A program made the translations under genes and the position numbers. From Myxococcota bacterium (lineage in GTDB: Bacteria; Myxococcota_A; UBA9160; SZUA-336), in the NCBI GenBank assembly GCA_965247115.1, contig CBDFGR010000003.1, positions 451,867 through 515,866 on the forward strand: DNA of 64,000 nucleotides. Direction: 5' to 3'. Under the pieces are notes generated by a model. It was given only the letters and a program-made list of their open reading frames with translations, made no database searches and had not been told where the DNA came from. Shown piece after piece: positions 10,022 to 19,200 of this stretch (its first letter is position 1; each line of letters begins with the position of its first letter).

Positions 10022-10594
10022 ATGCGCGTCGCGTGCCTGCTCCACATCGTGCTCTTTGCGTTCCTGGGCTGCGTGTCGAACGTCGCCTGGATCGCATTCG
10101 TCGAGGGGCGAACGCAGGAGTTCGCTGTCTCCGTCCTGACCCCGCTGGTGCGGATGGCGGTAGCGTTCTCGATGTTCGGATTTGCTGCTGGGGTGGTCGC
10201 CGCGCTCCTCCACGCGCCCCACTACGAGTACCGCTACGCCGGCCGGGCGGCGCCGCTCTTCTGGGGTCTGCTCTGGGCACTGTGCTGCGCAATCCCCGGA
10301 GCTCTGGCCGGGACGGCCGTGGCCTGGTTCGAACTCGGCTTCTTCACGCTCCTGCCGAGCCTGACCACGGGCCTCGCGGCGGGTGCCGGAGTCGGAACCG
10401 TCGTGTCGATCGTCAGCTGGATCAGCCTCACGCGAGGAGCCAAGCAAAGAAGACAGCTCCGCCGCCGACGGGCAACACCGACCCCGGCGCCGATCCGATC
10501 CGATAGTCGCGGAAGCGGACGCTGGAGAACGCCAGAGCAGAGCTCAGAGGCCGAGCCGGCCAAAGCACTGTCCGGAGAAGAAGAGCTCTGGTAG
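10022..10594 (+). CDS. Integral membrane protein (about 4 TM helices) with a charged C-terminal tail.
   Basis: Hydrophobic segments LLHIVLFAFLGCV, AVAFSMFGFAAGVVAALL, LFWGLLWALCCAIPGALAG and LAAGAGVGTVVSIVSWISL. Confidence 0.5.
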   Translation: MRVACLLHIVLFAFLGCVSNVAWIAFVEGRTQEFAVSVLTPLVRMAVAFSMFGFAAGVVAALLHAPHYEYRYAGRAAPLFWGLLWALCCAIPGALAGTAVAWFELGFFTLLPSLTTGLAAGAGVGTVVSIVSWISLTRGAKQRRQLRRRRATPTPAPIRSDSRGSGRWRTPEQSSEAEPAKALSGEEELW

Positions 10595-10647
10595 TCGGAC
10601 GTGGTCGAGGCTGGCAGGCGAGCAGCTCGGAGGGTGACGTCTAGAGC

Positions 10648-10674
10648 GGACGCATACCGCGCGACTATGCGTCC
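10648..10674. terminator. Hairpin between convergent genes.
   Basis: GGACGCATA-ccgcgcgac-TATGCGTCC inverted repeat overlapping the stop of the minus-strand gene. Confidence 0.3.
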
Positions 10675-11579
10675 GGCGCTGGGCTGCTCAGGATCAGCAG
10701 CCCCCGCCCGTAGTGGAAGATGAGCTCGAAGGCGTGGCCACCCTTCAGCCGCACACCCTCGCGCGCAGCACCGACCTCGAGATGGATCCCGTCATCGCCC
10801 AGGTTCGAGATCACGTTCTCGACAAGCGCGTGGAGCAGCTCGCCCAGGCCGTGCGCCAGCCACTCCTGCTCCGGGTCCTCCTCCGGCACGCCGACGAGGG
10901 CCATCGCGATCGCCTCTGCAGAGCTGCGATCCGTTGCCAGCGCGAGATCCAGCCCGGCCACGCCTCCAACCGAGAGCGTGGCCGCGTGTGCGAACTCGCT
11001 GGTTCCCTCCCAGGGCTGATCCGACCCGGTCTTGGCGGGTGCGTTCAGCGCGCGCAGCGACAGCTTTGGCAGCAGCTCGAGCGTGCGCTCTGCAATGGCG
11101 ACTCCGCGTAACGCCTCGGGCAGGACCCGGTTCTCCGGCGCGTAGCCGCTCTGCTCGGCCTCGAAGCGGTCGAGTAGACCCTTCAGACGATCGCGATCCA
11201 GCGCGCCGAGCTCCACCAGCGCCTCCCCCACGCGAAGCTGGGCGGCTTCCTGGCGCTGCAGCAGCTCGGAGACCTGTCCGGAGGTCAGCAGCTCGAGCTC
11301 GATGGCGAGCTCGCCGAAGAGGCGATCCGTCCTTCGCTGGGCCAGGTTGATGCGTTCGGCCTGGGCCTCCGTCAGGTAGCCGGACCAACTCGCCCACTCG
11401 CCGAGCTTGCGGTTCCGCTCGCTCTGCAGATCGAGGGCTTCGAGGAGCGCGGCCTCGCTGATCTCGCCCGAGCTCACGAGGAATTGACCGAAGAACTGGA
11501 CTGACATCCCACGGGGCGAATCGACGGCGGCCTGGTGGATCTTTACGAGCGCGCCCTCGCGTGCCCTTTGCGGTACCAT
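10665..11579 (-). CDS. Protein with two GspE-N/MshEN-like repeats and a C-terminal CheX/CheC-like domain.
   Basis: Duplicated motif FGQFLVSSGEISEAALLEALDLQ and FGELAIELELLTSGQVSELLQRQ (LGExLVxxGxI(S/T)xxQLxxALxxQ type); C-terminal LAHGLGELLHALVENVISNL resembles the CheX GELxNMxxG core. Start at M7 or M31 of the track ORF. Confidence 0.45.
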   Translation of the reverse strand: MVPQRAREGALVKIHQAAVDSPRGMSVQFFGQFLVSSGEISEAALLEALDLQSERNRKLGEWASWSGYLTEAQAERINLAQRRTDRLFGELAIELELLTSGQVSELLQRQEAAQLRVGEALVELGALDRDRLKGLLDRFEAEQSGYAPENRVLPEALRGVAIAERTLELLPKLSLRALNAPAKTGSDQPWEGTSEFAHAATLSVGGVAGLDLALATDRSSAEAIAMALVGVPEEDPEQEWLAHGLGELLHALVENVISNLGDDGIHLEVGAAREGVRLKGGHAFELIFHYGRGLLILSSPAPDA

Positions 11580-11655
11580 TCCGCCGCCCCCTCCCATGCG
11601 TCCCCTTGGGCGGGGTGCACCTAAGTCACTGATATTCCTAGCGGGAGACCAGTCG

Positions 11656-11949
11656 ATGCCCCAGGTCGTGATCGCCAGCCGGTTGGGAGACGGCCACGTC
11701 GTCTACCTGGGCCGACACGGACGCTGGGTCGAGATCATCGAAGAGGGTCGGATCACCGAGAGCGAGTCCGAAGGCGAGGAGGCCATGGAGAGCGCGAGGC
11801 TAGCGGAGAGCCGCCAGGAGGTGGTGGACCCCTACCTGATCGAGGTGGTGGTAGGGGATGCGCGAGTCCGACCCGTGGAGACGCGAGAGCGAATCCGAGC
11901 CGCGGGACCCACGGTCCGTAAGGACCTCGGCAGGCAGGCGGAGGGCTGA
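11656..11949 (+). CDS. DUF2849 small protein associated with sulfite reductase.
   Basis: MPQVVIASRLGDGHVVYLG...EGEEA matches the DUF2849 pattern; it lies directly upstream of the sulfite reductase gene. ATG at 11656 after GGGAGA. Confidence 0.6.
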   Translation: MPQVVIASRLGDGHVVYLGRHGRWVEIIEEGRITESESEGEEAMESARLAESRQEVVDPYLIEVVVGDARVRPVETRERIRAAGPTVRKDLGRQAEG

Positions 11950-11958
11950 GGCCGGAGC

Positions 11959-13614
11959 ATGTACCAGTACGACGAATTCGACCAGCAGCTGGTCGACGAG
12001 CGCGTCGAGCAGTTCCGGCGCCAGGTCAAGCGACGCCTGGACGGCGAGCTCAGCGAAGAGCAGTTCAAGCCGCTGCGCCTCCTGAACGGGCTCTACCTGC
12101 AGCTGCACGCCTACATGCTGCGCATCGCCATCCCCTACGGAGCCCTGTCCTCGACGCAGCTCCGGAAGCTGGCCTTCATCGCACGCCGCTACGACCGGGG
12201 CTACGGCCACTTCACCACGCGCCAGAACCTGCAGTTCCACTGGCCGAAGCTCGAGGAGACACCAGACATCCTGGCCGAGCTGGCACAGGTCCAGATGCAC
12301 GGCATCCAGACCAGTGGCAACTCGTTCCGCAACGTCACGACCGACGAGTATGCGGGAGCCGCCGCGGACGAGCTCGAGGACCCGCGCATCTACTGCGAGA
12401 TCATCCGGCAGTGGTCGACACTGCACCCGGAGTTCTCGTTTCTCCCGCGCAAGTTCAAGATCGCGGTGACCGCGTCCCCGAGAGATCGGGCCGCGGTGCG
12501 CGTGCACGACATCGGGCTGCGCCTGCACCAGAACGACGAGGGGGAGGCCGGCTTCGAGGTCATGGTCGGCGGGGGGCTGGGCCGCACCCCCTTCGTGGGG
12601 AAGACGATTCGGCCGTTTCTGCCGAAGCAGCAGCTGCTCTCCTATCTGGAGGCAATCCTGCGCGTCTACAACCAGCGGGGTCGACGCGACAACCTGTTCA
12701 AGGCGCGCATCAAGATCCTGGTCCAGCAGACGGGCATCGAGAAGTTCACCGAGCTCGTCGAGGAGGAGTGGAAGCAGATCCGGGACGGCGCGCTCGAGCT
12801 GCCCCCCGAGGAGATCGCGAGCATCGCGGAGCACTTCGCACCCCCGTGCTACGAGGAGCTCGCTACCGAGGACCCGGCGTTCGAGGCGAGGCGCGCTGAG
12901 AACTCCGCGTTCCGGAGCTGGGTGGAGACGAACGTGTTCCCCCACAGGCAGGCGGGCTACGCGATCGCGAACGTGTCTCTCAAGCCCGTGGGCGGAACGC
13001 CCGGCGACATGAGCGCGGAGCAGATGGACGCCGTGGCCAAGCTGGCAGACCGCTACAGCTTTGGCGAGATCCGCGTGAGCCACCGACAGAACCTGGTGCT
13101 CGCGCACGTGAAGCAGTCGGACCTGTTCGGACTCTGGGAGCAGCTCGCAGCGCTCGAGCTGGCCACTCCGAACATCGGGCTCACGTCTGACATCATCAGC
13201 TGCCCCGGACTCGATTATTGCGGGCTCGCAACGGCTCGCTCGATCCCGATCGCCCAGCAGATCAGCGAGCGCTTCAAAGATCTGGACCGACTGCACCAGA
13301 TCGGCGAAGTCGAGATCAAGATCTCAGGCTGCATCAACGCCTGCGGCCACCACCACGTGGGTCACATCGGGATCCTCGGCCTCGACAAGGCTGGCGAGGA
13401 GTTCTACCAGGTGACGCTCGGCGGCTCGGCTTCCGAAGCCGCGGCGCTGGGCAAGGTCGTGGGTCCGGGCTTCTCGAGCAGCGAGATCGTCGACGCCGTG
13501 GAGACGATCCTCGATACCTACGTCGACATCCGCGAGGGGAGTGAGCGCTTCATCGACACCTTCCGGCGCGTCGGCTTCGAGCCCTTCAAGGACCGGCTGT
13601 ACGCCGACGCGTAG
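11959..13614 (+). CDS. cysI: Nitrite/sulfite reductase-family hemoprotein (assimilatory sulfite reductase type).
   Basis: 551 aa; conserved N-terminal LNGLYLQ...HFTTRQNLQFHW and siroheme/4Fe-4S Cys cluster region CPGLDYCGLA...SGCINACGHHH. Flanked by DUF2849 and DUF934. Confidence 0.8.
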   Translation: MYQYDEFDQQLVDERVEQFRRQVKRRLDGELSEEQFKPLRLLNGLYLQLHAYMLRIAIPYGALSSTQLRKLAFIARRYDRGYGHFTTRQNLQFHWPKLEETPDILAELAQVQMHGIQTSGNSFRNVTTDEYAGAAADELEDPRIYCEIIRQWSTLHPEFSFLPRKFKIAVTASPRDRAAVRVHDIGLRLHQNDEGEAGFEVMVGGGLGRTPFVGKTIRPFLPKQQLLSYLEAILRVYNQRGRRDNLFKARIKILVQQTGIEKFTELVEEEWKQIRDGALELPPEEIASIAEHFAPPCYEELATEDPAFEARRAENSAFRSWVETNVFPHRQAGYAIANVSLKPVGGTPGDMSAEQMDAVAKLADRYSFGEIRVSHRQNLVLAHVKQSDLFGLWEQLAALELATPNIGLTSDIISCPGLDYCGLATARSIPIAQQISERFKDLDRLHQIGEVEIKISGCINACGHHHVGHIGILGLDKAGEEFYQVTLGGSASEAAALGKVVGPGFSSSEIVDAVETILDTYVDIREGSERFIDTFRRVGFEPFKDRLYADA

Positions 13615-13616
13615 GC

Positions 13617-14117
13617 ATGGCACTGCTCGTGGATGGAAAGCTGGTGGACGACCCCTGGCTCGTCCCGGGAGACGAGGACGATCTCCCTGCGGGCAAGCCC
13701 ATCGTCGTGAGCCTGAGCCGCTGGCAGGCCGAGCGCGACACTCTTGTCGGGCGCGAGGCGGGTCTGGGGATTCGGCTGCGGAGTGACGAGTCGCCGGCGC
13801 AGATCGCCGACGCTGTCGAACACTTCGAGCTGATCGAGCTCGAGTTCCCCGCCTTCAAGGATGGGCGCGCGTACTCGTATGCGCGCCTGCTCCGAGAGCG
13901 CTTCGGCTACCATGGAGAGCTGCGCGCGGTGGGAGACGTGCTGCTCGAGCAGCTCCTCTTCATGCACCGCTGCGGCTTCAACGCCTTCGAGATCGATAGC
14001 CAGAACGCTCTCGACGACTGGGTGACGGCGACCTCCGAGATCAGCGTCTGGTACCAGCCGACCGCTGACGGTCAGGCGACAGCGCTTCAGCTGCGCCGCT
14101 CGCGAAGGGGCGTCTAG
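13617..14117 (+). CDS. DUF934 protein (sulfite-reductase-associated).
   Basis: 166 aa; immediately downstream of cysI; FPAFKDGRAYSYARLLRERFGY pattern typical of DUF934. Confidence 0.65.
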   Translation: MALLVDGKLVDDPWLVPGDEDDLPAGKPIVVSLSRWQAERDTLVGREAGLGIRLRSDESPAQIADAVEHFELIELEFPAFKDGRAYSYARLLRERFGYHGELRAVGDVLLEQLLFMHRCGFNAFEIDSQNALDDWVTATSEISVWYQPTADGQATALQLRRSRRGV

Positions 14118-15073
14118 CCGGGCGCGTCGCAGGCGATCGCGATCTGATCGCGGCCGTGGCGCTTCGCAAAGTAGAGGCCCTCGTCCGCCAGCTGGATCAC
14201 GCCCTGCCAGCGCCACTGGGGCTCCTCGGGCGAAGCGCTGGCAACGCCGCAGCTCACGGTCACGATGCCGTGCGGCGACTCCTCGTGGGGAAGCTCGAGG
14301 CTGCGTACCCCCTCGCAGATTCGCTCGCCGGCCCGAGCGGCCTCGACCCTGATGGTCTCGGGAAGCAGTACCAGCAGCTCCTCGCCACCAAAGCGGAACA
14401 CCTGGTCCGCGCCGCGCAGTACGTCTACCAGCCGTCCCGCGATCTTCTTTAGCACGCGGTCGCCCGCGAGATGGCCGTAGTGATCGTTGTAGAGCTTGAA
14501 CAGGTCCACGTCGCAGAGGGCCAGCGAGTAGGGCACGTTTTCGCGTTGCAGCTGTTCATGCACCCTGGTCAAGCTCTCTTCCATCCAGCGGCGGTTCCCG
14601 ATGCCGAGCAGCCCATCGAGTCTGGCCAGCTTGTCGAGACGCTTGTTCGCGGTGGTCAGATGCACAGTGCGTTCTTCGACCAGCTCCTGCATCAGGCGTC
14701 GGCTCAGCAGATCGCTCTGCGCCACTACGCCGAGCAGCCGGCCGTCACCGTCCACGACGGGGAGATGACGAATCGACACGCTCTGCGCGAGCGAGGCGGC
14801 GTCTTCCAGGTTGTCGGTCGAGCGGATGGTCGTGACGGGAGACGACATCACCTCCTCGGCCAGCCTCCGGTCCTCCTCGCCCGCCAGCGCCCTGGTTGCG
14901 ATCGCGACCGCGTCCCGCTCCGTGATCATGCCGATCGGAACCTGACCCTCGCAGACCGGAACACAGGACACGCGGTTCTTGTGCATCTTCTCCAGGACCT
15001 CGGCGAGGGTGTCCTCTGGCTCCGCACAGAGGACGTCCTTGGTCATGATGCTTTCGATGTTCCCGTAGCCCAT
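14114..15073 (-). CDS. Diguanylate cyclase: CBS-pair domain plus GGDEF domain.
   Basis: Two CBS motifs (VLCAEPEDTLAEVLEKM..., PVTTIRSTDNLEDAASL...) followed by a GGDEF domain with active site RFGGEEL and DVDLFKLYNDHYGHLAGD. Confidence 0.9.
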   Translation of the reverse strand: MGYGNIESIMTKDVLCAEPEDTLAEVLEKMHKNRVSCVPVCEGQVPIGMITERDAVAIATRALAGEEDRRLAEEVMSSPVTTIRSTDNLEDAASLAQSVSIRHLPVVDGDGRLLGVVAQSDLLSRRLMQELVEERTVHLTTANKRLDKLARLDGLLGIGNRRWMEESLTRVHEQLQRENVPYSLALCDVDLFKLYNDHYGHLAGDRVLKKIAGRLVDVLRGADQVFRFGGEELLVLLPETIRVEAARAGERICEGVRSLELPHEESPHGIVTVSCGVASASPEEPQWRWQGVIQLADEGLYFAKRHGRDQIAIACDAPG

Positions 15074-15256
15074 GGCTTCCCAAGGAAGCCCTTCGGCCTG
15101 CGATCGAGAGAAGCTGACCCCTTTTGCGGGCCTGGCGAGCTCAGAGCGCTGCGATGCGCGGAGGTGCCTCGACGGAGTAGAGTGACAGGATCGTGGGACA
15201 GGGCGCTCGACTGGAGCCGCTGTCTCCAGTCGAATAGGGAGCGGCGACCGTCACCC

Positions 15257-15661
15257 ATGCAGCTCGCCTACAAGACTCTGTGTTGGATCGTGGGCAGCCT
15301 GATGGTGCTGCTCGGGCTCTGGTTCGTCGGTCTGTTCGTCGTCTCGATCGCGCCCGGCTCGAGCTCACCGCTGCCCTTTCCAATCGGTCCGCAGGGCTAC
15401 TACTTCGTGGCCTTCTCCGGCTCTTGCCTGGTGGCGTGGGGATTCTGCCTGTTCGGCGCGGCCCGAGGCCACGGCGACCGGGCGATTGGCTCGGCCACGG
15501 CCATCGGCCTGTCGCTCGCTGCGATCAACCGGATCGTCGTCTGGCTGTTCGGGGACTTCTGGTGGGTGGGCGGCATGCCTCGACTGGAGGCGATCGGCCT
15601 GTTGACCCTCGCCCTCGTCTTCGTCTGGCTGCGACCTCCAGCCGGCAGGGGAGACCCATGA
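15257..15661 (+). CDS. Small integral membrane protein (4 TM helices).
   Basis: Coding-like frame (C-terminal part of the 14471 ORF) MQLAYKTLCWIVGSLMVLLGLWFVGLFVV...; the stop overlaps the next start (ATGA). Confidence 0.5.
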   Translation: MQLAYKTLCWIVGSLMVLLGLWFVGLFVVSIAPGSSSPLPFPIGPQGYYFVAFSGSCLVAWGFCLFGAARGHGDRAIGSATAIGLSLAAINRIVVWLFGDFWWVGGMPRLEAIGLLTLALVFVWLRPPAGRGDP

Positions 15662-16260
15662 TAGGACGCAGCCTCGCAACGCTCGTGATCGGTGGCATTC
15701 TCGGGCTGACTCTGGCGCTCCCCTACACAACGATGGGTCGACGAGGGAGCGAGGCGGTAGTTCGGCGGGACGTACCGGGAGCTGTGGGGACGGTCGGTGA
15801 GCGCCTGCCCCAGCTCTCGTTGCAGGACCTCGAGGGGAACCCCGTTTCGCTCCGAGACTTTCGTGGCGAGCGCGTGGTGCTGACTTTCGAGCGCAGCCTC
15901 GACTGGTCCCCCTTCAGCAAGGCGCGCCTCATCGAGCTACGCCAGCAGATCGACAGTGCGGAGGACCTCGTACTGCTCTACGTGATGGCCGACAACCAGC
16001 TCAACCAGAAGACGCGCTTCTTCATCGACGGAAACCGCCTGACGGACCGTGTGACCTTTCTACAGGACCCGTTCAGCGCATCCATCGACCGACTGGGCTT
16101 GCGCCGCCCGACTCCTCGTGCGCTGGAGACCGGAGTCCCCCACCCCTCGACCTACGTGCTGGACCGCGGCGGCATCGTCCGCTTCGTCGATGTCCGCGAG
16201 GACTACCAGATCTGGCTCGACTCCTCGCTCGTACTGGAGGCTGTCGCAGAGATCCCCTAG
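15658..16260 (+). CDS. Membrane-anchored thioredoxin-fold (AhpC/TSA-like) protein with no Cys at all.
   Basis: N-terminal TM helix, then ...NPVSLRDFRGERVVLTFERSLDWSPFSKARL aligning to the peroxiredoxin FYPLDFTFVCPTEL region with Ser at the peroxidatic Cys position. The protein contains zero Cys. Confidence 0.5.
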   Translation: MIGRSLATLVIGGILGLTLALPYTTMGRRGSEAVVRRDVPGAVGTVGERLPQLSLQDLEGNPVSLRDFRGERVVLTFERSLDWSPFSKARLIELRQQIDSAEDLVLLYVMADNQLNQKTRFFIDGNRLTDRVTFLQDPFSASIDRLGLRRPTPRALETGVPHPSTYVLDRGGIVRFVDVREDYQIWLDSSLVLEAVAEIP

Positions 16261-19200
16261 CGGCGGCAGAGCCACTTCCTGCCCCTCTGCCAGGATACCT
16301 TGTGGCGCTCCACCTTCTTGTGAACCACGTGCTTGTGGACCTTCAGCAGATGCGCTCGGAGGTGAGGAGCGTGCCGGTGGAAGATCCGCCTCACGTGCAC
16401 ACGAACGTGCGGGGGCAGGCGCTTGACGACGCGCCTCAGGTGAGCCCTGACGTGGCGGAGCTTCCGGTGCTGAGAGTGCTTTGGCTTGTCGCACACGGCC
16501 CTCGCCGCTCCAGGAACGCTGAGCTCCGGATTCTCCCGTAGCAGCGCACACAGCTGGTCACGCGAGCAGCCTGTCCCCTCCTTCTGAGTCTCGCTCAAAG
16601 GGGTGTCGGCGCACAGATCCGCCCCGTCGGCAATCCCGTCGCCGTCGTCATCGTCGTCGCAGGGGTCTCCGGCCCCGTCTCCGTCGAAGTCTCGCTGATC
16701 TGGATTGGGGACCAGGGGACACGTGTCCGCCACGTCGTCGGTCCCATCGCCGTCGTCGTCCGGATCACAGGCATCGCCCAGCTTGTCGCCATCGGTATCC
16801 GTCTGGTCGGCGTTCGGGTCGTCGGGGCAGTTGTCCCCTGCGTCAACGACGCTGTCACCATCCGAGTCGTCGCAGACGTCTCCGAGGCTGTCGCCGTCCA
16901 CGTTGGCCTGATCCGGGTTCGCCAGGTCTCGACAGTTGTCCACAGCGTCGACCACTCCGTCGGCGTCGCTGTCGTCACACACATCGCCCAGCTTGTCGCC
17001 ATCGAAGTCGGCCTGATCCGGGTTCGGCGTGTTCGGGCAGTTGTCGACCTGAGCGTCGAACAGGTCGTAGACCCCGTCTCCATCTGCATCGGCGCCCGCG
17101 ATCATCGAGATCGCGGAGAAGTGGGTGACCTCTGCCATGCAGGTCGCGAGGACCCCTGCTTCGTCCTCCACGAGCTCGCACATCGATCCAGGGACGGCCT
17201 CGAAGCTGCTCCCGTCCTCTCCGATCGGCTGATAGAGGGCCAGGCTCGCCCTCTGGCTCGGGTGGAGAGCCGTGACGTCCGCCACGATGGTCACCTTGAC
17301 CGGGGCGTCGAAGATCAGACCGTCGGGCTGCAGGTCGTAGACCGCGACTTGCAGCCCGAGCGCGAGGGTCGGACTCAACATCAGGTCAACAACACCGCCG
17401 GCAGCGCCGGAGCTTACGGAGATCGTCGCGCCGGCCACGAGATCGCCTGCCTCCACGTCGAGCAGGAAGCCGTCCGCCGTTACCTGACCCACGGCGCCGG
17501 GTGGAATCTCCGCCGCACCCTGTCCGTTCGGATCGCAGGTATCCAGGTCGTCGCCGGGGCATGGGTCACAGACATCGCCGACGAGATCCCCATCGAGGTC
17601 CGACTGCGCGGGATTCACCACGTCGACGCAGTTGTCACCGGCATCTGGAACGCCGTCACCATCTGCATCCGCCTCTCCCTCACACGCGTCACCGACCCCG
17701 TTGCTGTCCGCGTCCTCCTGTCCAGGATTCGGATCGTCGGGGCAGTTGTCCTCGACCGGGGCGAAGAGGTCGAAAACGCCGTCGCCGTCCGTATCTGCGG
17801 GAGCCAGCAGCGCGAACCGCGAGAAGCCGCTCACGCTTGCCTCGCAGACGAGGCCGGCCTCGTCCTCGAAGCAGAAGCCGTCCAGGGGCACGAAGGCGTT
17901 GGCCCCAACATCGAACTGGTAGAGACCGAGAGCCTGCTCCTGGGCGAAGCTCAGACCAAGAGAGAAGATGTCCGGGAAGACCGTGAGAGACGCTGCGTTT
18001 GTAAACTGAAGCCCGTCCGGCTGGAGATCGTAGCTCGCGATCAGCAGGCCGAGTCCAGGAACCGGGTTCGGCAAGTCCGACAGGTCTACAACTCCGCCCG
18101 CAACGCCCCTCGTGATCGAGATCGTGGCATCCGCGACGAGGTCGCCGGCGCCTACCCGCAGGGACACATCACCCGGCAGCGAAACTGTGCCGCCCACGTT
18201 CGCGTCGATCTCGCGGGCAGAGCCCGCGGTGCAAGCATCGGCCGCATCGCTCGGGCAAGCGTCGCAGACGTCGCCCGCGGAGTCCCCATCGACGTCGGAC
18301 TGGAGCGCATTCGAGTCGACCGGGCAGTTGTCCACGCCGTCCGGAATGCCATCGCCGTCACCGTCCGGCAGCTCACAGGCGTCGCCGACCCCGTCCCCGT
18401 CCGCATCCAGCTGCGCCGCGTTCGGAGTGTTGCTGCAGTTGTCGAGGGCGTTCGAGACGCCATCTTGGTCGTCGTCACAGGCGTCGCCGAGCCCGTCGCC
18501 ATTGGTGTCTGTCTGGGAAGCGTTGGCGTCGAGGGGGCAGTTGTCGAACGCGTCCTCGATGCCGTCGCTATCTGTATCCGGAGTGCAGGCGTCACCGATG
18601 GAATCGAAGTCCGTGTCCGCCTGGTTCGCGTTGCTGTCGAGCGGACAGTTGTCGACGAGATCATCCACAAGGTCCCCGTCGTCGTCCGCATCGCAGGCGT
18701 CCCCTTCGCCGTCTCCGTCCGTGTCGAGCTGCGTGGCGTTCGGCGTGGACGGGCAGTTGTCGTTGTCGGGAGCGCCATCGAGCACCCCATCGCCATCGTC
18801 GTCGCCGGGCAGCGCTCCGGGGAGAAAGTAGTCGAGCCCCTGGTGGGCAATCTGGAGGGAGGAGTCGATCTCGTCGCCATCACTGTTCAGATCTTCGCCC
18901 TGTTGGCCCTCGTTCACGTTGAAGACGAGAGCGCTGGCTGAGAGCTTGGACGCGGCTTCGAAGCCACTTCCGAGCGGTGCAGAGGCCACCATCAGATTCT
19001 CCAGATCGAAGGTGGCCGCATCGATCACGTGGACGACGTTGTCGCTCCTGTCGCCATCGAGGCCATCGAAGCCGTCGAGACCGTTCAGGCTCCCGTCGAG
19101 CAGAAGGTCGGTCGGTCCCTGGTGCTCCTCATTGACGAGGAAGCTGACGAGACCCCCTTTGAAGCGGAGCTCGGAAGCCGCGATGCCCATGTTCTCGAGC

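Noticed and set aside
11800-13296. 498-aa minus-strand ORF overlapping cysI
   Set aside because: It is antisense to a gene with clear sulfite-reductase motifs. The composition is Arg/Leu/Ala-rich and low-complexity, typical of stop-free antisense frames in ~70% GC DNA.
17121-18941. 606-aa and other plus-strand ORFs (17501..17986, 18112..18831, 19029..19787, 20091..20729) inside the giant TSP3 gene
   Set aside because: All are antisense or off-frame to the 1469-aa repeat protein, whose Asp-rich TSP3 repeats are unmistakable. On the opposite strand those repeats appear as Val/Ile/Ser-rich runs.
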